A stretch of 32,000 bases of DNA, taken from contig CAURWT010000003.1 of the NCBI GenBank assembly GCA_963528875.1, positions 30,001 to 62,000 on the forward strand, read 5' to 3'. A model generated the notes under the pieces. That model made no database searches and was not told the DNA's origin. It saw only the letters and a list, made by a program, of their open reading frames with translations. The stretch is from an uncultured Candidatus Saccharimonas sp. (GTDB lineage Bacteria; Patescibacteriota; Saccharimonadia; Saccharimonadales; Saccharimonadaceae). The position numbers were made by a program, and so were the translations under genes. This document shows, in pieces, positions 1 through 8,123 of the stretch (positions are counted from its first letter, which is position 1; every line of letters starts with the position of its first letter).

Positions 1-1449
1 GAATCAACTAATTGGTTCATTCTTGGCAAATCTAAATTAAACGAAACTGATATGTTAGCCACGCCAGAAGGAAACCCAGCGCAAGTTTGGGATGCTTTTC
101 AGTATGATGATATTTCTGATCGCTTATTGGAAATGAGCGTGGAGCGTTCGGTTAAATTTCCATATAATGTGCAGTCTGGAATAGCTGATATAAAGCTAAA
201 TAATTATGATGATTATTTCTCATTTTTCGAAACAACAAAAAAGAGCCCGATTGCTGAATATATTCTGCCAAAACGACCTTTGAGGCTTTATTTAGGCGCA
301 AAAAATGTAGGAACGGTTCCGGTTTTTGTTGGGAATACTGAAAAAATACCGACTTACAACAATGATAAAACGATTACTTGGTCTGCATTAGATTTTTTGA
401 GTGATATTGCCGAGACAAAAGTTAATCGAACTGTTATGTTGAGGGATGTTTCAACCGATGCGCTCTTGAAAGAAATATTTAAACAATACGGAATGGATGA
501 AAACCAATACCGTATAAGTAGGGGACAAAATATAATTCCATTTGTCTATTTTAAAAATGATGACAATGTTAGCACGATATTAAAGAATTTGGTTCAGGCC
601 GAGAATGGTTTATTGTGGCTCGATGAGCAAGGGATAATTCGTTTTGAGAATCGCAGTGGTAATTTGGATAAAACGCCAGTAATGACATTTAACGCAAGCA
701 ATATTATTGATATTGAAACAGAAAAAGCTAATGATGTGGTTAATTATGTTAGCATTAAAAGTGATGTGCGAGAAGTCCAGCCTTTGCAGCCAATTTTTAG
801 TGCGGAAGGTAAAAATGAGTGGGTTATTCAGCCTAGAGCCAGCCTGTCTATATGGTTAACTCTTGATGACCCTGCTTGGAGTGTTCGCCCTATCTCGGTT
901 GGCCAAAAAACTGGTGAAAGTTGGGTGGAATTTAAAAAAGGCGAGAAAATCGACAATTCAGGTATTCAATTGAAAGGTGAGCTTTTTGCTGATGCTTACA
1001 AATTGACAGTCAATAACCAAGGAGCAAGCCCTTCAAAAATATCAAAAATTGAACTATGGGGCGAGAGTGCAAAAGTCGTAGATACCATTAAATATGAGGC
1101 TTTTGACCGTGAAAGTATGGAGCGCTACGGTAAAAAAGCGATTGAAATTACCGACAATCCATATTTTGGCGATTATCGTAACTGCGACCTTTTTGCGACA
1201 GATATTTTAAAGAAATATGCTAGTTTTTCGCCCACAATTTCAATGAAAGTTAAAGGCAATCCAGCCCTACAATTGGGAGATGTTATTAGTGTAAATTATA
1301 AAGATAAAGGCGACTATTTGGTGACAGGTATTAAGCTGAACCTAAGCGATAACGGCTATGAAACAACTATAACTGGAAAACCACATATTGTTTCGAAATC
1401 ATTTATTTTGGATAAGTCTATTTTGGATGGAAAGGATCTATTGGCGTAA
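1..1449 (+). CDS. Phage tail/baseplate structural protein, 5' end truncated by window edge
   Basis: The frame of ORF 52..1449 has no stop back to base 1 (ESTNWFILGKSKLNETD-MLATPEG...), so the gene probably starts upstream. It is 465+ aa and lies just before small coupled genes and the lysis cassette, the usual place for tail tip/fibre genes. Family call is by context only. Confidence 0.55.
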   Translation, partial: ESTNWFILGKSKLNETDMLATPEGNPAQVWDAFQYDDISDRLLEMSVERSVKFPYNVQSGIADIKLNNYDDYFSFFETTKKSPIAEYILPKRPLRLYLGAKNVGTVPVFVGNTEKIPTYNNDKTITWSALDFLSDIAETKVNRTVMLRDVSTDALLKEIFKQYGMDENQYRISRGQNIIPFVYFKNDDNVSTILKNLVQAENGLLWLDEQGIIRFENRSGNLDKTPVMTFNASNIIDIETEKANDVVNYVSIKSDVREVQPLQPIFSAEGKNEWVIQPRASLSIWLTLDDPAWSVRPISVGQKTGESWVEFKKGEKIDNSGIQLKGELFADAYKLTVNNQGASPSKISKIELWGESAKVVDTIKYEAFDRESMERYGKKAIEITDNPYFGDYRNCDLFATDILKKYASFSPTISMKVKGNPALQLGDVISVNYKDKGDYLVTGIKLNLSDNGYETTITGKPHIVSKSFILDKSILDGKDLLA

Positions 1450-1718
1450 TGGCGATTGAAAAAAATATTGAATTTCAGGGCGACAGAGTGGTAAATTCGC
1501 TGGGTGGAAATATAAAACTAAACCAGACTACGGGTGAGCTGATTGTATCAAAAAATGGGGTGATTTTAACCAAAATTAATAAGGACGGCTTTGTTTATTC
1601 GGAAGAAAATGGCACTCGACGAATTTTAATTGGAAGGCATCCTAAAACTGGGGCTGTGGGTGAGTGGGTTAGCGTGGTTGGTGAAGATGTGATTGAGATT
1701 TTAGAGAATGAAACCTAA
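1449..1718 (+). CDS. Small phage protein, unknown function
   Basis: 89 aa ORF. Its start overlaps the upstream stop (TAATG at 1447-1451), implying translational coupling. Confidence 0.5.
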   Translation: MAIEKNIEFQGDRVVNSLGGNIKLNQTTGELIVSKNGVILTKINKDGFVYSEENGTRRILIGRHPKTGAVGEWVSVVGEDVIEILENET

Positions 1719-2331
1719 TAAATTTATTGATCGAAGTGAATTTATCAAGCCTGTTGTAGTTTTTGAATACAACGGTAGCTTTATGAGTAATATTAAAACT
1801 TTTGATATTGAGCATAACCTGCCGTTCGTGCCATTGATTATAGGCGAGTATAGTTTAAATAGCGATTTCTCGAATGCTCGAGATTTCCGTTTTTGGACAA
1901 GTGGAGATGAAAACTTTCTTGTTGGCGCGTTAGAGAAAACTATTCGGTTTGCTATTCGAGGGGTCGATCCACCGCGAAAAGTTTATGTGCGTTTAATTGG
2001 TATTGCTCCGCCTGATTACTCGGGAGAAGTGACGCCATTAAAGCGAAGAATATTAAATGATTCAAGAAATAGAAGCCTGAAGATTTTAAACTTTGGGACA
2101 TTTAGAAATGATAGCACTATTGAACATAATTTGGGTTATTTGCCGATGGTTTATTTTTGGGAAGAAACGGTTATCTTTAGAAAAAATAATTCATCTATTC
2201 TTGACTTAGAAAAATGCTTGAGGCCAAGTAGCCCTGTTAACAGCATTAATAATAACGAAGTTCATATATCTGGAAGAGGTGATGGAAAAGGATATTATGC
2301 TATTTTTGGAGATGCAATAGATGAAAGTTAA
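1708..2331 (+). CDS. Phage protein, unknown function (structural module)
   Basis: 207 aa ORF. ATG 1708 lies 11 nt inside the upstream gene (ATGAAACCTAA), so it is coupled. Confidence 0.5.
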   Translation: MKPNKFIDRSEFIKPVVVFEYNGSFMSNIKTFDIEHNLPFVPLIIGEYSLNSDFSNARDFRFWTSGDENFLVGALEKTIRFAIRGVDPPRKVYVRLIGIAPPDYSGEVTPLKRRILNDSRNRSLKILNFGTFRNDSTIEHNLGYLPMVYFWEETVIFRKNNSSILDLEKCLRPSSPVNSINNNEVHISGRGDGKGYYAIFGDAIDES

Positions 2332-2713
2332 TAGTTTTGTTAAAAATTCTGATTTCTGGCAGATGTCACTTGATGGTGAAAGTGTTGTTTTGGATTTTAG
2401 CTTGCCAGCTGGAGATTTTGAGAACGGATATAAGACTAAAAGAGTTTTTCCTAGTAGGAACCGCAAAGGTTTGATTATTGATCACTATTGTTTTAATGGA
2501 CAATGGGGATCAAGAAACGAGTATAAAATTAGCTCTAATGGTTCAACAGAGAATAGGATATATTTTGAGATAATTAGGCGTGATGATGACATTATTGTTA
2601 CAGCTGAATACATTGAAATTACAGATGGAGAGGGAAGCCGGAATAATCAAACGATCTCCTCACAGAAGGTGGATGTGAAAATTAGGCTGAACTTCATTAA
2701 GAATAATTGGTGA
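2321..2713 (+). CDS. Phage protein, unknown function
   Basis: 130 aa ORF with the same 11-nt overlap geometry (ATGAAAGTTAA). It ends with TGA at 2711-2713. Confidence 0.5.
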   Translation: MKVNSFVKNSDFWQMSLDGESVVLDFSLPAGDFENGYKTKRVFPSRNRKGLIIDHYCFNGQWGSRNEYKISSNGSTENRIYFEIIRRDDDIIVTAEYIEITDGEGSRNNQTISSQKVDVKIRLNFIKNNW

Positions 2714-2794
2714 TGTGGTTTTATCACTCGACTATTTATTTTTACAATATGGGTAGATAGAAATTACAATTTAAAGGAGAAGCTAAAAACTAAT

Positions 2795-3187
2795 ATGCAA
2801 ATAACAGTTGGTGAAATCGGGACTTTTATTGCATTTCTGGTTGGGTTAATTGGCGGAGTTTTAACACTTTTTCGCCACGCTAAAAATGGCCTGAAAGAAA
2901 TGCTAAAAGGAGAGTTCGAAGGGGTAAATGAAAATTTTGATTCTGTTCGAAGGGAAATACACGAAGTTCGAGATATTGGGCAGAACAACGCCAAAAACGG
3001 CAAGCGTAACGAAATTTTATTAATGATTAATGTTCAGCCTGAAAAAGTTGATGAAATCGAGCGAGCGTTTGAAGAATATAAAGCGTTAGGAGGTAATGGT
3101 TATATAGATAGTTTAATTGAAGCTTGGCGTGAAGAATATGAGAAAGATTTAATTAAGGCTAGACTCAAAAGAAAGGAGAAGAAATAA
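2795..3187 (+). CDS. Holin-like small membrane protein
   Basis: 130 aa with one N-terminal hydrophobic helix (IGTFIAFLVGLIGGVLTLF) followed by a charged helical tail. AAGGAG at 2774-2779. Its stop overlaps the endolysin start (TAATG 3185-3189). The holin call is positional. Confidence 0.45.
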   Translation: MQITVGEIGTFIAFLVGLIGGVLTLFRHAKNGLKEMLKGEFEGVNENFDSVRREIHEVRDIGQNNAKNGKRNEILLMINVQPEKVDEIERAFEEYKALGGNGYIDSLIEAWREEYEKDLIKARLKRKEKK

Positions 3188-4851
3188 TGAGTAAATATAC
3201 ACAGGTAGCAACTCCGAACCTTGATATTAGAGCAAGTCGAGGCTGGTGCTTACAATACGCAGATGATGTAGTTAATGCACCTGTTCGTAGGGAATCGGCA
3301 GGACTAGAATACCTAGCTCAAAGAGCAGCAGGAAATATCCACGAAGAAGAACCTCCTGTTGGACTATGGGTTCCGGTCTTCTTTGATATCACAAGCGGAG
3401 AATATGATCCTTACGAGCATGTAGGCTGGGCTTACAAACACGGAGACGGAAGGATCGAGATTCACGACAGTGAAGTGCATAGTGGGGCTAGAGGAATTTA
3501 TAACTCGATTGCTGAAATCTGTGGCTGGTTTGGTAAATTCGGACTTCGCTATCTTGGTTGGAGTGAACGAATCGGCGGCGTTCAAGTTGTTGAAAAGAGT
3601 GACAATGTTCGTGTAGTAAATTCAGGTGTTGGTGTAAATGTTCGATATGAACCTACAACTCAATCTGGAGTGTTCGCAACTTATCCAGATGGTTCAGATA
3701 TTGAAATGGCAGGTTGGGTTTATGGTGAAAATGTAAATGGTGAAGATCGCTGGTTTAAATCTCAGCGTTCAGGTGTTTATCTTCATTTCTCAGCCTTTGA
3801 TGAAAAAGAAGGATCACTACCAAATCTGGGAGATTTTCGAAAAGCTCCACAACCAGAAAGTAAAGCAGTAGTTCCAGAGAATAAAGCACCAGAATTTATT
3901 GATTTCGAAAAAGAGTTCGACTTTGTAGATGAAGTAGTTCCTGCTCATGTATCGAATCAGTTCTATGGACGAAAGAATCTCAAAGATGATAACGGAAAAT
4001 ACTTTGGCAATATTCCACAAGATTATGAAATCCAGAAAAAGTTTGTAGATGAATTACAGCGAGATTCGCAACCGATTCGTGAAATTACAGTTCATAACAC
4101 AGCAAATGATTCAATTGAGGCGACAACAAATGAATTTAGGCGCAAGGAAAGCTTTAAATCTGCTCATCTTGTAGTTTCGAATGAGAAAATTGTTCAAGTT
4201 GTGCCAAAAGGGAATACGGCTTTCACAAATGGTAATCACGAGAGTAATATCGAAAGCTTTACGATCGAGTTTCTAGACAATGTAACTGATGAACGTTATG
4301 TTGAAGTTCTAAAGAAAGTTTCGCAAGCGCTTGGCGTGGATAAAATCGGAAAGCACCGCGATCATTCTTCAACGGCTTGCCCAGCGCAACTTTCGGACGA
4401 AAGATTTGGTAAAATTTTAGCGAAAGTTAAGGGTGAAGATGAAGCTAAGCCTGAAGCACCAAAGCAGCCTGAAAATGAGCCAAAAACACCTGAAAACGAA
4501 GGTATTGCAACTCAAAATGAGGCTGAAAATAAAGTGTCGCAAAATGTTAAAAATGAAGTTAAAGCTGAACGAAGAGCTTTAACAGAAAAGGAGATTGAAA
4601 TGTTGGATAAAATGCAAGAAGAAGTGGCTAAAAATATCGCGAATACGGATTATGAGCCACGAATTAGCGAAAAGGCGAAAACTACAGTCTATTTCATTGC
4701 TGACCTTGGAATTTTAACAAATATGTTAATTGCAACAATTTGTGTAATTTTAATTCCAAATGCAACGAAAGAAATTTTGGCTGTTAGTGGCGCAATTGCT
4801 ACAGCATTCGCAGGATTAAAACCTATTTTCAAACTAGGAGCTAAAAAATAA
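3187..4851 (+). CDS. Multidomain endolysin: Cys/His peptidase-like (CHAP/NlpC-like) N-domain, SH3b-like domain, Amidase_2 (N-acetylmuramoyl-L-alanine amidase) domain, charged linker, C-terminal 2-TM anchor
   Basis: GWCLQY...HVGWAY (Cys/His pair). VNVRYEPTTQSGVFATYPDGSDIEMAGWVYGENVNGEDRWFK (SH3b-like). ITVHNTAND...AHLVVS...GKHRDHSSTACPA (Amidase_2/PGRP-type Zn ligands). E/K/P-rich linker. C-terminal hydrophobic stretches TTVYFIADLGILTNMLIATICVILIP and ILAVSGAIATAFAGL. Confidence 0.85.
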   Translation: MSKYTQVATPNLDIRASRGWCLQYADDVVNAPVRRESAGLEYLAQRAAGNIHEEEPPVGLWVPVFFDITSGEYDPYEHVGWAYKHGDGRIEIHDSEVHSGARGIYNSIAEICGWFGKFGLRYLGWSERIGGVQVVEKSDNVRVVNSGVGVNVRYEPTTQSGVFATYPDGSDIEMAGWVYGENVNGEDRWFKSQRSGVYLHFSAFDEKEGSLPNLGDFRKAPQPESKAVVPENKAPEFIDFEKEFDFVDEVVPAHVSNQFYGRKNLKDDNGKYFGNIPQDYEIQKKFVDELQRDSQPIREITVHNTANDSIEATTNEFRRKESFKSAHLVVSNEKIVQVVPKGNTAFTNGNHESNIESFTIEFLDNVTDERYVEVLKKVSQALGVDKIGKHRDHSSTACPAQLSDERFGKILAKVKGEDEAKPEAPKQPENEPKTPENEGIATQNEAENKVSQNVKNEVKAERRALTEKEIEMLDKMQEEVAKNIANTDYEPRISEKAKTTVYFIADLGILTNMLIATICVILIPNATKEILAVSGAIATAFAGLKPIFKLGAKK

Positions 4852-5351
4852 TGGCCAAATTGACTTTACCGCACCCAAATAAAGATTTTGTGCCGCTATC
4901 TCCGCTAACGGCGCAAGAACTTGATGAAATGGTGGCTAATAATAAAGCGGTGGCTGATTTTGCGAATGGCTTAGCAAGTGGAAAAAATATTGATGATAGC
5001 TCTATTGAACCGATTAAACTCAAACAGTCTAACGTTCAGATTATTCAATCTGGAAATCTAGCCACTCAGCATAAAACGCAACAAGTGCACACTCAGTGGT
5101 TCGATCAGACATATTGGAACGCCAATTTCTTCCGACAAAGGAATGAAAAAACAAGAATTGAATTTCCTAAAGCGTTTAAAAATCCACCAGCTGTAGCAGT
5201 TCAAATTTTGAATGCAGGAATAAACCCGCTGACTGTATTTAGCACGGTGGTTACTACGACCTATGTTGAATTTACAATGGCATCTTTAGCTAGAATTAGT
5301 CAAGAGCTTGACGTTACTGTTTCGGTGATTGCGACAGGGGAGTTGGCTTAA
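4851..5351 (+). CDS. Phage protein, unknown function
   Basis: 166 aa ORF coupled to the endolysin stop (TAATG 4849-4853), last gene before a terminator. Confidence 0.5.
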   Translation: MAKLTLPHPNKDFVPLSPLTAQELDEMVANNKAVADFANGLASGKNIDDSSIEPIKLKQSNVQIIQSGNLATQHKTQQVHTQWFDQTYWNANFFRQRNEKTRIEFPKAFKNPPAVAVQILNAGINPLTVFSTVVTTTYVEFTMASLARISQELDVTVSVIATGELA

Positions 5352-5376
5352 AGAGAATAGTGAAAGTTGAGAGAAT

Positions 5377-5405
5377 AAAAAGAACCTGTTTTGGGTTCTT
5401 TTATT
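5377..5405 (+). terminator. Intrinsic terminator after the lysis operon
   Basis: AAAAGAACC-TGTTTTG-GGTTCTTTT hairpin followed by a T-run. Confidence 0.6.
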
Positions 5406-5447
5406 TCGCACTTTCTGGTATAATAAAAGAAAAAAGAGGTGGTTGCT

Positions 5448-5672
5448 ATGGAAATAGGACTATTGATGCGTTATGATAAAGTCTACGGATTTTTTCATGA
5501 AGATGATGAAACGAAGCCAGTTGTGCTGATTTATTCAGGAGAACGGACGGCAGAGTTTAGCACTTTCAGTTATTTAGTTGATGAAGCAAAAGGAGTGGAA
5601 CAACACTACAAGTTCCTTCAAAATGATATTCAACTAAGCCCTTTCAAAGACGGTTGGATAGCAGCAGAATAA
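5448..5672 (+). CDS. Small accessory (moron-like) protein, unknown function
   Basis: 74 aa. The ATG at 5448 is preferred over the GTG at 5439 because AGAGGTGG sits 5-12 nt upstream. Extended -10 TGGTATAAT at 5416-5424 and its own terminator. Confidence 0.5.
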   Translation: MEIGLLMRYDKVYGFFHEDDETKPVVLIYSGERTAEFSTFSYLVDEAKGVEQHYKFLQNDIQLSPFKDGWIAAE

Positions 5673-5700
5673 ACCACTCGTCATGAGTGGTTTTCTATTG
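5672..5700 (+). terminator. Intrinsic terminator
   Basis: AACCACTC-GTCAT-GAGTGGTT followed by TTTTCTATT. Confidence 0.65.
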
Positions 5701-5714
5701 TATTTTTATTAACT

Positions 5715-5739
5715 AAAAGAACCCAAAACGGGTTTTTTT
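5715..5739. terminator. Bidirectional hairpin terminator
   Basis: AAAA-GAACCC-AAAAC-GGGTTT-TTTT, with A-run and T-run flanks on both sides. Confidence 0.5.
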
Positions 5740-5929
5740 ATTTATCCTTATTTTTATCACCCCAGCGTTTTTCTGTACCAGCCTTACCATGCCCTCGAGC
5801 GACTTTCGAGCGTTCTTCAGGGAGAGGTTTTTCCATAACCCTGAACCACCTTTTGAGCCATTTTTACTCATAATGGTTCTTTTAGTAAGTTTTTTGAACT
5901 AATTTAATTATGCCAGGCTAATAGTTTTA

Positions 5930-5961
5930 ATAAAAAAGAAAACACCCCGAAGAGTGTTTTC
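5930..5961 (-). terminator. Terminator of the DUF3800 gene
   Basis: GAAAACAC-CCCGAAGA-GTGTTTTC (5938-5961). On the minus strand it is followed by a T-run (plus-strand AAAAAA 5932-5937). Confidence 0.55.
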
Positions 5962-6075
5962 AGCTGCTTACAGGTCGGTATAGGAAAAACTATACTTACT
6001 AACTAAAGCTCACTGTAAGGCTTATGCTACGTTATTATTTTATATTATTTTTTTAAAAAAGTCAATACTTTTTTT

Positions 6076-6729
6076 CTATTTTCCAAACTTACCTTGTGGA
6101 AAATGTTGGCGGCTTTCTATTCTACTTTCAATTATTTTTAAGAAATGCTGTTTTCCACTCTTTATGGATTGATAGATAGTATTACTAATAACATCAGCGG
6201 CTTGTAGCCCTAAAGAACTTTTAGAATTTGCTTGATCAACTGTAATATTTCCATAAAAACCCGTCATAGTATATAGTTTAATTCTTATGTAGTCACTTAA
6301 TGAATTCATTGATGCAACTTTAGTTGTTCTCTCATCAAACAGCATGTGTATATCCTGAGTAGGGTATTTTTTAGCAATCTCTATAGCCAACAAACCTGAA
6401 AAATAATTATATACAAGGTTCTTAGGCTTACCTTGTTTCAACATAGCGACATTATTTTTATCTGCAATAAAGTAGAAAATTTCGTGGTCTGGTTGTTTTG
6501 CCATTAAATGTAAAAATTTCTGCCTATCAACAAAAGATAAATCGTATGACTTAAGCTCTTCAAGAGCTTTACCATTTTGAGCTTTCCCAACATTAAGAGC
6601 GGTCCTTTTAACTAATCTCTTTATTCTTTTAGATCCAGAATTCCTATCATCAAAAACAACAGCCGCAAGAACAAAATATCTTCCACCTCTTCCTAAATTT
6701 CCAGATTCATCAATAAAAACTGTAATCAT
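6076..6729 (-). CDS. DUF3800-family protein
   Basis: 217 aa. N-terminal MITVFIDESGN and C-terminal GLQAADVISN match the DUF3800 hallmark motifs (xIDESG ... LQxAD). Own promoter: TATAAT 6737-6742 (minus), 7 nt before the ATG. Confidence 0.65.
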   Translation of the reverse strand: MITVFIDESGNLGRGGRYFVLAAVVFDDRNSGSKRIKRLVKRTALNVGKAQNGKALEELKSYDLSFVDRQKFLHLMAKQPDHEIFYFIADKNNVAMLKQGKPKNLVYNYFSGLLAIEIAKKYPTQDIHMLFDERTTKVASMNSLSDYIRIKLYTMTGFYGNITVDQANSKSSLGLQAADVISNTIYQSIKSGKQHFLKIIESRIESRQHFPQGKFGK

Positions 6730-6861
6730 ATCTGTTATTATATATCAATACTGGCAGAAAAACAACAAAAGGGTACCTTATAGGAATTGTAAAATATACA
6801 ACAAAATTACAATAGTCTATCTATGGCACTATTTTAATAATCTTATTAACCCGTAGGTGAT

Positions 6862-7215
6862 TTATCGATTATCTCCGCTGCCGTGAATCTTATTGCGTTT
6901 TTGTCGGCTAGCTAATTTATTAAGGTTAGTTTTTGCAATATCTTCAAGTTCAATATCATTATAAAAGGCTAGGGCGGAAAGATACCACAATACATCGCCA
7001 AGTTCTTTTTTAAGTTTTTCGCGATCTTCTTGTGTAGTTTCAAAAGCTCCGCCCTTGTCTCGAATCATTTTCTTAATTATTTCTAAAACTTCACCAGTTT
7101 CACCAGCCAAACCTAAGGCTTTTTCCATATAGCCGTTATAGCGAGCAGAGTCTGTAGTAGCGTTATGTGCAACGTCTGTTTGAATTGCTTGATTTTGGTA
7201 TTCATTAAAATTCAT
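6862..7215 (-). CDS. mazG: MazG-like nucleoside triphosphate pyrophosphohydrolase (small all-alpha NTP-PPase)
   Basis: 117 aa. YQxxA...LGLAGETGEVLEIIKK...ELGDVLWYLSALA is the typical EExxE/D metal-binding helix pattern of the MazG family. GGAG 8 nt upstream of the ATG. Confidence 0.8.
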   Translation of the reverse strand: MNFNEYQNQAIQTDVAHNATTDSARYNGYMEKALGLAGETGEVLEIIKKMIRDKGGAFETTQEDREKLKKELGDVLWYLSALAFYNDIELEDIAKTNLNKLASRQKRNKIHGSGDNR

Positions 7216-7276
7216 TTCTTAACTCCATTTATTTTACCTTATCTATAATAACATTTAATGATAATATAGAACAAGG

Positions 7277-7305
7277 TTGACTTTAATTAATTATTTTGAT
7301 ATAAT
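7277..7305 (+). promoter_or_regulatory. Consensus sigma70-type promoter
   Basis: TTGACT (7277-7282), 17 bp spacer, TATAAT (7300-7305). Confidence 0.6.
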
Positions 7306-7326
7306 TAAAAAGCTATATGGAGCAAC

Positions 7327-7376
7327 AAAAACGCCTCACGCTGATGAAAATCAGTGTAGGGGCGTTTTGCTTTCTT
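7327..7376 (+). terminator. Terminator/attenuator-like hairpin in the leader of the 7448 gene
   Basis: AAAACGCCTCACGCTGA-TGAAAA-TCAGTGTAGGGGCGTTTT (imperfect stem, GC-rich base) followed by GCTTTCTT. Starts about 20 nt after the predicted transcription start. Confidence 0.45.
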
Positions 7377-7447
7377 GGAAAAATGAGACAGCCGAAAACC
7401 AACCGCTCCGTTTTACTAAAAATCTTGTCAAGACTTTTGGAGGGAAA

Positions 7448-7852
7448 ATGGAAAAAAGTTTTATTTTATGCGGCCGTCGAATAAAAACTATGCGCGAACG
7501 GCTTGGCAAAGCTTGCGACTTAATAGACAATGATCAATTTTTAGGCGTTTTTAGAAATCGTCAAATTAACTATGAAAAAGAATTTGACCAATCTGTTAAA
7601 ATGGTTAAATTAATGAAAAAAGCAGGTAAAATTAAGAATACTAGTCATTATTTTGCTAAGATTTGGAAAAAAGAAAATATTAATAAGACATTAAAAATCG
7701 TGCGAGAATTTTTAAATCGTCAAATTTCTAAACTAGCCGAAAAACGCGAGCAGAAAAAACAAAATGAACGCAATGAGATAATTTCGAATAGCTTTAATAA
7801 CTCGGGCTATTTAAAATTTCAAGCAATGAAACATAATTTTAATTTAAGTTAA
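7448..7852 (+). CDS. Small basic protein, possible HTH DNA-binding regulator (XRE- or excisionase-like)
   Basis: 134 aa from the ATG at 7448 (GGAGGG just upstream). GRRIKTMRERLG...LGVFRNRQINYEKE weakly resembles an XRE-type HTH. Lies next to the integrase. The longer track ORF from 7277 is rejected. Confidence 0.45.
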   Translation: MEKSFILCGRRIKTMRERLGKACDLIDNDQFLGVFRNRQINYEKEFDQSVKMVKLMKKAGKIKNTSHYFAKIWKKENINKTLKIVREFLNRQISKLAEKREQKKQNERNEIISNSFNNSGYLKFQAMKHNFNLS

Positions 7853-7876
7853 TTCACAATTTGACAAAACTATAAA

Positions 7877-7903
7877 AACAGTTTCTAAAACTGTTGTTTA
7901 TTG
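7877..7903 (+). terminator. Intrinsic terminator
   Basis: AACAGTTT-CTA-AAACTGTT followed by GTTTATTG. Confidence 0.5.
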
Positions 7904-8123
7904 CGTTTTAGCTGAATTATTATATAATATTATTTAATATTTGTAAAATATAAGAGCATAAATGCTAAATATGTAAAATACTATGCAATATTCTCTATTA
8001 TTTAGCAATAAAGTATTTTATTTTTTAATGAGTGGAAAATGATAAAAATTTAAGTTTTTAGGTTCTAATTAGAATTCTTTTTGATTTCTTTTTAATTTTT
8101 AATTATAGCTCAGAAAGGAGTAT

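Noticed and set aside
5713-5871. 52-aa minus-strand ORF MSKNGSKGGSGLWKNL...
   Set aside because: It has no SD, reads straight through the bidirectional terminator hairpin and ends in its stem. The overlapping 32-aa frame with an SD is the more plausible product, and even that has low confidence.
7277-7447. N-terminal 57 codons of the 191-aa track ORF
   Set aside because: The proposed TTG start is itself the -35 hexamer of a consensus promoter, and the region contains the -10 box and the terminator-like hairpin. ATG 7448 has a GGAGGG just upstream.
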